Source: Lingula anatina
Taxonomy: Eukaryota; Animalia; Brachiopoda
Direction: 5' to 3'
Assembly: GCA_051362555.1 (NCBI GenBank)
Contig: CM120647.1
Location: 12,872,651 to 12,936,650 of the forward strand
Length of the DNA: 64,000 nt
The notes beneath the pieces were generated by a model that had not been told where the DNA came from, did not search any database, and was given only the letters and a program-made list of their open reading frames with translations. This document shows, in pieces, positions 53,636-64,000 of this stretch; the stretch's first letter is position 1, and each line of letters begins with the position of its first letter. The translations under genes were made by a program, and so were the position numbers.

Positions 53636-56600
53636 AGCCTTGCCCAGGAGTGAAACGTCTGACCCTCGTTATTGAGCTAGTAGAACGCTAGTAGTACAAC
53701 ATTGGTCAAAAAGGTTGTCCCACCCCCATTTCCATGTACTTTTATTTACAAATGATCACCTCACAGCTGTAAATTGTTAGAAATAGTGCTTTTCATTCCA
53801 GATACCGTGTCTATATAGACACGGTATCTGGAATGAAACACACTTAATCGTGTTATAACACGATTAAGGGTTCAAAAAATATAAAATAGTGGTGAAAATA
53901 TACAAATTTTATACCATTAAGTAAAATTTATAACAGGTACCCCCTCAAATCCAATGTTTCACTGTGATTTCAACAGATGTAAAGAAATGTCTATTAAATT
54001 GAAAAGAGGCGATCAAATATCACCAAATTTACACACAATTAGCATTAGGTTGCTCGTTAAAGGTCACGTGCCTAATAGCGAGTGCGGCTACCACGTACTG
54101 CAATTATCTCCCGTAGATGGCGCGAAAGCCTTCAGCACGGGTAACAGTTCTGTTTTGTGGGATATTGTCCCATTCTTCTTAAACAACTTGGGGAGATGGT
54201 CCACGTTTTTATGGAATTGGGTCTCCTCTGCAATTTATTTTGTCCCTCAAATTCAAGATGGCCACCAGATACCATTTTGAAATTGGGATAATTCACCATT
54301 TTGAAACTATGACCCCATTCCCAGAGATAAGATCGATCCAACTAGATCGACCTAACTCCCTGGGGGTTCACGCTAAATAGCTGCCAGCCGAGCGGGCACG
54401 AAAGTTAAATACCCCCTTACAGCTTGTAGTAGGCGGGACGGACATTTAAGCCAGATTATCTGACAGTCATCTTATGAGACTTCCCACGGGGATAGATAGA
54501 TCTAAAATCTAAGGAAATGCGCCCTATTACACCTTCATAATCGTGCCATACGTCGTTCCTGATTATTTCCTTAACAAAAGAATACATCTTTGACCGCATG
54601 AGGAAAATTGTTAGCCATTATTTTGATCAAAACCAAGTGTTGGCTGCATGCCGCTATTTTAATAATTAATAATATTTGATTGGGACCCTCGTACGCTTGT
54701 AATAGGTCAATTGGTACTATTCTGGGGACTCAAAAGTAATTTCTGGTGCTAATTTGGTGACGGAAGATAATAAAAAGGTCGTAAAGGTTGTAAAGTAAAT
54801 TCCAAGATGAGTTTCGTTGAGTATGTTACAAAAACGTGAATCCCAAACCACATGCTAAGATATATCAACTAAAATTATCTTAAGTGATCATCCACTAAAA
54901 ATACTAAATAATTTAATGATAACCATATTATATATACATAGTGAGATTACATTACTAATTTTTTACTGGTCAATGTGAAACAAAAAGCCACATGTACATT
55001 TATGTCCCAGTCACTGAAGAAGACTTGAAGATCTGAAGGGTGAAAAATATGTCGTCTTATAATACTATGGAACTTGGTAAGTTGAGTTGATGCGTAAATG
55101 CCCGTGAGCAACAAGCAAATGGACTTCGCTTTAAAATAGCTCCAGATCTTGTCTGCAAAATCATCCAGCAGCACTGCAAAAAGAAGCGAGCACGATCAGT
55201 TCTGGTAGGCCAATAAGACAACAGCCAGTAAGCACTGAGCTTTGGTCAGTGCCCTATGAGGAACAGACATAAACAATATAAATCCAGTTTCCAGAGAAAC
55301 ATCAATGCATGGGAACAAGTCACATCAGAGGAAAGTGGTATCTTTACACAAAAGAAGGAATCTGCAAAACCAACTAGAAAGCAGCCTTAATTACCCGTAT
55401 TTCAAAATTTTGAGGATCAAAATGGCTACCAGCTGTCTCCAAAGCACCAAGTATGTGTCCTTTACCTTTAATTAAGCTATTTTGGTTTCTTACACTTGTT
55501 TTAAGGCCTTTAAGATGTTATGAAACATTTTGTACTAATTAGACGTAGAAACTATGTAACAACTTAAACCTACATGTATATTGACTTTGGAGGCTTAGAA
55601 AAGTTTGTACTTAAATTTTATGAAACAGATAATATTAAAAATGTATTCTGCACCAGAAAATCATATAAAACGGCGCATTACTCATTTACAAAGATGTAAT
55701 ACATATACATGTAGTTTCAAAATGGCGAATTATGCACAATTTCAAAATGGTTTCTGGTAGCCATCTTGGATTTCAGGGATAAAATGGCCGCCAGTGGCTT
55801 CCATAATGGTAAAAAAGAGTTTCTCGTTCATAATTTAGTCCAATATCCATGCCATATAACAAAAAATTGCATTGAAATATATTTGAATACGGGCTATCAA
55901 TATCCATGGTTTTGCAGCATTCACACAAATATATCTTGGTAGTTACTTAAAACGCACTCTTTGTCCCTTCAAATCACCTTCTGTCACAAAAACAATATCA
56001 AAAATGACTTCTGCACCCCCAAAATAGTAGCAATCGATAAATATATCACATATATGTTGGTCAAACGCTTCAAAAATAAACATAAAATAGTGTAACAAAG
56101 GGGGTCACAGGAGCCACGAATCTGCTATTTAAAATCATTAGAAACAATGTAAACATGTGCTGCACGATCGTCTGCTATGACCGGAATCTACTTTTCTTCA
56201 ATAACTTTACATTAAATCTTACCTAAGACTTCGTTTTTCCTTAGAGACATATGTCCTGGAGTTTATCCAACTAAACCCATAGGTTAATTCTTCATTTAAA
56301 TCCCAAATAATGGAAATACGGCGCTAAATCTACGAAACACAAGTTAGTGACACTTCCATGCAGAGCGGCCATGCTGTTAGGTCGCGATCTTCGACCTTTG
56401 ACCGCAGCGCGAGCATGACGTAACGGAGTCTATAAATAGGGCTGCAGAGCCAAAGCGTGGGTTCTTCGAAAAGTTGACTCCCCTTGTAGAGCCGCATTTT
56501 GCAACCGACCGCATTTTGCAACCGGTTGCAAAATGCGTTCAGTTGCAAAATGCGGTCCTACTAAGTCGAGCCGCATTTTGCAACTGAACGCATTTTGCAA

Positions 56601-58941
56601 CTGCAACGCATTTTGCAACCAAAGAAAATCGTGAAAACGCATTTTGCAACCGCAACGCATTTTGCAACCAGGATTTTTTTTCTAAGTCCCTGAAACAGCT
56701 TGAAGTACGAGACAGGTAGGCTACGGGTAGAATTGGAGTGGGGACGGGTTTGCTTCGACTATGTACTGTATGCTAAAACTGGCCAAGCTGCCCCTGGGGT
56801 GGACGATAATATAAAACTTATTTCACATTGTAATTTCCTAAACCATTAGAGTTAGGAGGTTGAAACGTCAGGGAGTAAAAAAGATATTGTTAGGCATGCA
56901 CATAGGGGTGTGGCCGTCCCAAGGGGTGGTTGATTGTAATTTTACATCTTTAGAATTAGGAAATAAAGGCGTTGGGGATTAATACCATCGTAAGAAATGT
57001 GCGTAGGCACTCCAGATTTTTTGTGACTTGGGGTGTAGTTGTCCCTGGGGGTGGTTGAGATCGTTAGAGATGTGCTTGGGCACATCGGAATTTTTTGGTC
57101 ACTTGGGGAGTGCCCGTCCCTGGGGATAGTTACTTGACTGTAATATTTTCACCGTAATTTCTTTCATCTCCTTCTCGTCCGTTCGAGTTAGGAGCACGAG
57201 TCTTTGGTGCATGGGTACAGGGGAATTTTAGTGTGACTTTGGGTGTGACTGTCCCTCAGGGGATGGGGTGATTGGTGGTATGTCAGACAATTCAGCTGAT
57301 TCCACTGATTGCACTTAAGTGAGATCCCCTGCAGAGTTGGACCGACCCAGCTAGTAGGATGTGTGAATCTGAAAGCTGTCTCCGAGTTAAGAAGGAAGGG
57401 GAATGCAAAAAACGCAGCAGACGGCACTTAATAACAGACCTTCAGCGGTATGCTTGAATATAGGTCAAGTTAATTAAAAACCCATGCAAGACCCCATACT
57501 TTCAGGCATAGCCTCTGTAGAGCAACACACATGCTAATTACTATTTATGATTAATTAACATATTTGTTTTGTATTAAGACACAACGTCTAGTTGAACGCC
57601 AGGATTCCTGAGTGTGTAGGGCCTTATGGTTGGCATGGGTCAAAAGGACAGCTTTAACTGGATTCCTTGACCTATATTCATGCCTACGACTGTAAGTCCG
57701 TTTAGTGCTATGTGCGCCGCTGCTGTTCTCTAAATTCCTCAAAGACCCATGTACATTCATTATCAATCCCCAACATTTCATGTTCCTAACTCTAAGGGTA
57801 GGTAGTAGAAGTAACGGTGCAAAAAAAATAGAATCAACCACCCCCAGGGACGGCCACATCCATCAATACCCCAGAGGGATCCATATCCCTAAAGACATGT
57901 TTTCAATTCCCATAGCCATCCGTTCCTAACTTATATGGTCTAAATTACGTCTAATTATTTTCAACCACCCCCAGGACCACACCCTAAGTCAAAAAAATTA
58001 AATGCCATTCAACATCCCAAATTATACTGTAGCTACGTTTCATGCTTTAACTCAAATGGCCGATACATGGGCAGATAGCAGATAATACGTTGTAAAATTA
58101 GAATCAACCACCCCCAGGGACAACCACACCCATGTCACAATAAATTTCCGAAGTGCCCGTGCACATTTCTTACGATAGTGTTTTAATCCCCAACGTTTTT
58201 ATTTCCTAATTCTGAGGATATAAGGGTAGATATGAGAAAAATACGAAGTAAAAAAGTACAATCAACCACCCCTAGGGACGGCCACACCCCCAATTAAAAA
58301 AAAAACAAAAACAAAAAATCCGAAATCCCATGCACATGCCTAACAAAATGTTTATTAACGTTTAGAGTTCCTAACTCTAATAGTCTACGAAATTACAATG
58401 TGCAATAAGTTTTATATTTTCGTCCACCCCAGGGGCAGCCTGGCCAGTTTCAGCATACATAGTCGAAGCAAACCCGTCCCCACTCCAATTCTACCTGTCT
58501 CGTACTTCAAGCTGTTTCAGGGACTTAGAAAAAAATCCTGGTTGCAAAATGCGTTGCGGTTGCAAAATGCGTTTTCACGATTTTCTTTGGTTGCAAAATG
58601 CGTTGCAGTTGCAAAATGCGTTCAGTTGCAAAATGCGGCTCTACACCTTTTCGACAGAATTAGAATCAACAGCCTTTAGTACCAGTGAGTTAGATTTTAT
58701 TTAGAGGGTGCCCCCGCGGGGGTAACCCGCCTGTCATTAGCCATTTTCTATGTAGTTTGGAACTGAATTTAATGAAACTTTATCTAATTTTAGTAAGTAC
58801 AACTTGTAGTAGTTGCTAGATCGAAGTTACGTTCTCTGTTTAGATATTTCGCGTAGCTTCCCCATGACCTCCTTTTTTTTACTATTAACCGTTTTTCACC
58901 ACTAATTACCCGCTTCTGCTGTTTTGCACTCCCTGTGCAAG
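53636..58941. mobile_element. Composite decayed DNA-transposon-derived block
   Basis: Homology to the G3 intron stops at ~53635. Weak outer IR CTTGCCCAGGAGTGAAAC / GTTTTGCACTCCCTGTGCAAG; inverted internal segments at ~54710 and ~56000; repeated AAATGGC/GCCATCTT motifs. Family not assignable. Confidence 0.35.
56485..58645. mobile_element. Foldback-like element with ~550-bp modular TIRs
   Basis: TGTAGAGCCGC...GCGGCTCTACA ends flanked by CCT/CCT; tandem CGCATTTTGCAAC repeats; 56485-57060 inverted to 58100-58645. Confidence 0.8.
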
Positions 58942-58963
58942 TAATTAAGTGATGTTCAGTTAA

Positions 58964-61900
58964 TAGGTTATCTTAAGTTATCTTAACAGGTTATCTCTAT
59001 AAGAGAACATGTTATCTTAGGTTATCTCTATAGGTTATCCCAGGTTATCTTCATGGGTTATCTCTATAAGATCAAAGGTTATCTCAGGTTATCTCTATAG
59101 GTTATCTTAAGTTATCTTAACAGGTTATCTCTATAAGAGAACATGTTATCTTAGGTTATCTCTATAGGTTATCTTAGGTTATCTTAATGGGTTATCTCTA
59201 TAAGATCAAAGGTTATCTCAGGTTATCTCTATAGGTTATCTTAAGTTATCTTAACAGGTTATCTCTATAAGAGAACATGTTATCTTAGGTTATCTCTACA
59301 GGTTATCCTAGGTTATCTTAATGGGTTATCTCTATAAGATCAAAGGTTATCCCAGGTTATCTTCATGGGTTATCTCTATAAGATCAAAGGTTATCTCAGG
59401 TTATCTCTATAGGTTATCTTAAGTTATCTTAACAGGTTATCTCTATAAGAGAACATGTTATCTTAGGTTATCTCTATAGGTTATCTTTGGTTATCTTAAT
59501 GGGTTATCTCTATAAGATCAAAGGTTATCTCAGGTTATCTCTATAGGTTATCTTAAGTTATCTTAACAGGTTATCTCTATAAAAGAACATATTATCTTAG
59601 GTTATCTCTATAGGTTATCTTAGGTTATCTTAATGGGTTATCTCTATAAGATCAAAGGTTATCTCAGGTTATCTCTATAGGTTATCTTAAGTTATCTTAA
59701 CAGGTTATCTCTATAAGAGAACATGTTATCTTAGGTTATCTCTACAGGTTATCCTAGGTTATCTTAATGGGTTATCTCTATAAGATCAAAGGTTATCCCA
59801 GGTTATCTTCATGGGTTATCTCTATAAGATCAAAGGTTATCTCAGGTTATCTCTACAGGTTATTCTAGGTTATCTTAATGGGTTATCTCTATAAGATCAA
59901 AGGTTATCCCAGGTTATCTTCATGGGTTATCTCTATAAGATCAAAGGTTATCTCAGGTTATCTCTATAGGTTATCTTAAGTTATCTTAACAGGTTATCTC
60001 TATAAGAGAACATGTTATCTTAGGTTATCTCTATAGGTTATCTTAGGTTATCTTAATGGGTTATCTCTATAAGATCAAAGGTTATCCCAGGTTATCTTCA
60101 TGGGTTATCTCTATAAGATCAAAGGTTATCTCAGGTTATCTCTATAGGTTATCTTAAGTTATCTTAACAGGTTATCTCTATAAGAGAACATGTTATCTTA
60201 GGTTATCTCTATAGGTTATCTTTGGTTATCTTAATGGGTTATCTCTATAAGATCAAAGGTTATCTCAGGTTATCTCTATAGGTTATCTTAAGTTATCTTA
60301 ACAGGTTATCTCTATAAAAGAACATATTATCTTAGGTTATCTCTATAGGTTATCTTAGGTTATCTTAATGGGTTATCTCTATAAGATCAAAGGTTATCTC
60401 AGGTTATCTCTATAGGTTATCTTAAGTTATCTTAACAGGTTATCTCTATAAGAGAACATGTTATCTTAGGTTATCTCTACAGGTTATCCTAGGTTATCTT
60501 AATGGGTTATCTCTATAAGATCAAAGGTTATCCCAGGTTATCTTCATGGGTTATCTCTATAAGATCAAAGGTTATCTCAGGTTATCTCTACAGGTTATCC
60601 TAGGTTATCTTAATGGGTTATCTCTATAAGATCAAAGGTTATCCCAGGTTATCTTCATGGGTTATCTCTATAAGATCAAAGGTTATCTCAGGTTATCTCT
60701 ATAGGTTATCTTAAGTTATCTTAACAGGTTATCTCTATAAGAGAACATGTTATCTTAGGTTATCTCTATAGGTTATCTTTGGTTATCTTAATGGGTTATC
60801 TCTATAAGATCAAAGGTTATCTCAGGTTATCTCTATAGGTTATCTTTGGTTATCTTAATGGGTTATCTCTATAAGATCAAAGGTTATCTCAGGTTATCTC
60901 TATAGGTTATCTTAAGTTATCTTAACAGGTTATCTCTATAAGAGAACATGTTATCTTAGGTTATCTCTATAGGTTATCTTAGGTTATCTTAATGGGTTAT
61001 CTCTATAAGATCAAAGGTTATCTCAGGTTATCTCTATAGGTTATCTTAAGTTATCTTAACAGGTTATCTCTATAAGAGAACATGTTATCTTAGGTTATCT
61101 CTACAGGTTATCCTAGGTTATCTTAATGGGTTATCTCTATAAGATCAAAGGTTATCCCAGGTTATCTTCATGGGTTATCTCTATAAGATCAAAGGTTATC
61201 TCAGGTTATCTCTATAGGTTATCTTAAGTTATCTTAACAGGTTATCTCTATAAGAGAACATGTTATCTTAGGTTATCTCTATAGGTTATCTTTGGTTATC
61301 TTAATGGGTTATCTCTATAAGATCAAAGGTTATCTCAGGTTATCTCTATAGGTTATCTTAAGTTATCTTAACAGGTTATCTCTATAAAAGAACATATTAT
61401 CTTAGGTTATCTCTATAGGTTATCTTAGGTTATCTTAATGGGTTATCTCTATAAGATCAAAGGTTATCTCAGGTTATCTCTATAGGTTATCTTAAGTTAT
61501 CTTAACAGGTTATCTCTATAAGAGAACATGTTATCTTAGGTTATCTCTACAGGTTATCCTAGGTTATCTTAATGGGTTATCTCTATAAGATCAAAGGTTA
61601 TCCCAGGTTATCTTCATGGGTTATCTCTATAAGATCAAAGGTTATCTCAGGTTATCTCTACAGGTTATCCTAGGTTATCTTAATGGGTTATCTCTATAAG
61701 ATCAAAGGTTATCCCAGGTTATCTTCATGGGTTATCTCTATAAGATCAAAGGTTATCTCAGGTTATCTCTATAGGTTATCTTAAGTTATCTTAACAGGTT
61801 ATCTCTATAAGAGAACATGTTATCTTAGGTTATCTCTATAGGTTATCTTTGGTTATCTTAATGGGTTATCTCTATAAGATCAAAGGTTATCTCAGGTTAT

Positions 61901-63940
61901 CTCTATAGGTTATCTTTGGTTATCTTAATGGGTTATCTCTATAAGATCAAATGTTATCTCAGGTTATCTCTATAGGTTATCTTAAGTTATCTTAACAGGT
62001 TATCTCTATAAGAGAACATGTTATCTTAGGTTATCTCTATAGGTTATCTTAGGTTATCTTAATGGGTTATCTCTATAAGATCAAAGGTTATCTCAGGTTA
62101 TCTCTATAGGTTATCTTAAGTTATCTTAACAGGTTATCTCTATAAGAGAACATGTTATCTTAGGTTATCTCTATAGGTTATCTTAGGTTATCTTAATGGG
62201 TTATCTCTATAAGATCAAAGGTTATCTCAGGTTATCTCTATAGGTTATCTTAAGTTATCTTAACAGGTTATCTCTATAAGAGAACATGTTATCTTAGGTT
62301 ATCTCTACAGGTTATCCTAGGTTATCTTAATGGGTTATCTCTATAAGATCAAAGGTTATCCCAGGTTATCTTCATGGGTTATCTCTATAAGATCAAAGGT
62401 TATCTCAGGTTATCTCTATAGGTTATCTTAAGTTATCTTAACAGGTTATCTCTATAAGAGAACATGTTATCTTAGGTTATCTCTATAGGTTATCTTTGGT
62501 TATCTTAATGGGTTATCTCTATAAGATCAAAGGTTATCTCAGGTTATCTCTATAGGTTATCTTAAGTTATCTTAACAGGTTATCTCTATAAAAGAACATA
62601 TTATCTTAGGTTATCTCTATAGGTTATCTTAGGTTATCTTAATGGGTTATCTCTATAAGATCAAAGGTTATCTCAGGTTATCTCTATAGGTTATCTTAAG
62701 TTATCTTAACAGGTTATCTCTATAAGAGAACATGTTATCTTAGGTTATCTCTACAGGTTATCCTAGGTTATCTTAATGGGTTATCTCTATAAGATCAAAG
62801 GTTATCCCAGGTTATCTTCATGGGTTATCTCTATAAGATCAAAGGTTATCTCAGGTTATCTCTACAGGTTATCCTAGGTTATCTTAATGGGTTATCTCTA
62901 TAAGATCAAAGGTTATCCCAGGTTATCTTCATGGGTTATCTCTATAAGATCAAAGGTTATCTCAGGTTATCTCTATAGGTTATCTTAAGTTATCTTAACA
63001 GGTTATCTCTATAAGAGAACATGTTATCTTAGGTTATCTCTATAGGTTATCTTAGGTTATCTTAATGGGTTATCTCTATAAGATCAAAGGTTATCCCAGG
63101 TTATCTTCATGGGTTATCTCTATAAGATCAAAGGTTATCTCAGGTTATCTCTATAGGTTATCTTAAGTTATCTTAACAGGTTATCTCTATAAGAGAACAT
63201 GTTATCTTAGGTTATCTCTATAGGTTATCTTTGGTTATCTTAATGGGTTATCTCTATAAGATCAAAGGTTATCTCAGGTTATCTCTATAGGTTATCTTAA
63301 GTTATCTTAACAGGTTATCTCTATAAAAGAACATATTATCTTAGGTTATCTCTATAGGTTATCTTAGGTTATCTTAATGGGTTATCTCTATAAGATCAAA
63401 GGTTATCTCAGGTTATCTCTATAGGTTATCTTAAGTTATCTTAACAGGTTATCTCTATAAGAGAACATGTTATCTTAGGTTATCTCTACAGGTTATCCTA
63501 GGTTATCTTAATGGGTTATCTCTATAAGATCAAAGGTTATCCCAGGTTATCTTCATGGGTTATCTCTATAAGATCAAAGGTTATCTCAGGTTATCTCTAC
63601 AGGTTATCCTAGGTTATCTTAATGGGTTATCTCTATAAGATCAAAGGTTATCCCAGGTTATCTCTATAGGTTATCTTAGGTTATCTTAATGGGTTATCTC
63701 TATAAGATCAAAGGTTATCTTAGGTTATCTCTATAGGTTATCTTAAGTTATCTTAACAGGTTATCTCTATAAGAGAACATGTTATCCTAGGTTATCTCTA
63801 TAGGTTATCTCAGTTTATCTTAATGGGTTATCTCTATGAGATCAAAGCTTATCTTAGGTTATCTCTGTAGGTTATCTTAAGTTATCTTAAGGGGTTATAT
63901 CTATAAGAGGACAAGTTATCTCGAGTTACCTTAAGGGGTT
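58964..63940. repeat. Satellite with a GGTTATCT core; 67-bp A/B monomers, 134-bp dimer, 44-bp variant and higher-order blocks
   Basis: A=GGTTATCTTAAGTTATCTTAACAGGTTATCTCTATAAGAGAACATGTTATCTTAGGTTATCTCTATA; B=GGTTATCTTAGGTTATCTTAATGGGTTATCTCTATAAGATCAAAGGTTATCTCAGGTTATCTCTATA; degenerates after ~63780. Confidence 0.97.
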
Positions 63941-64000
63941 ATTACTATATGGAAACCGATTATCTTTAATGTTTGGGTCATTTAAAATTTACCGGCATGT

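Noticed and set aside
53633-53670. CACAGCC as a RAG/Transib RSS-like terminus
   Set aside because: No nonamer, no matching opposite end with a 5-bp TSD, and no RAG/Transib coding remnant seen.
58964-63940. CRISPR array or TTAGG telomeric repeat
   Set aside because: No unique spacers and no cas genes in a eukaryotic context. TTAGG occurs only as part of a complex 67-bp unit, and unique sequence resumes after it.

Overview
AT-rich animal genomic DNA with spliceosomal introns. The repeat and SRCR/EGF style suggests a marine invertebrate, possibly an echinoderm-like deuterostome (inference). The window holds a head-to-tail, minus-strand array of six paralogous genes (G1-G6, numbered left to right). 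Each has the same plan: a 16-nt ATG micro-exon; an exon with a tyrosine-motif cytoplasmic tail (YxNxxY...YESL) and a signal-anchor TM helix; a variable number of 111/114-nt phase-1 EGF exons; and one terminal 6-Cys (group A) SRCR exon. The predicted product is a type II membrane receptor resembling class A scavenger receptors, but with an EGF stalk instead of collagen and with a signalling-type tail. G2 and G3 look intact. G1 and G5 carry damaged but skippable exons, G4 is a likely pseudogene, and the 5' end of G6 lies outside the window. The array shows an alternating A/B pattern from an ~18-kb segmental duplication, exon shuffling, and many transposon insertions whose empty sites are visible in paralogous copies. 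It ends in a 5-kb higher-order GGTTATCT satellite.
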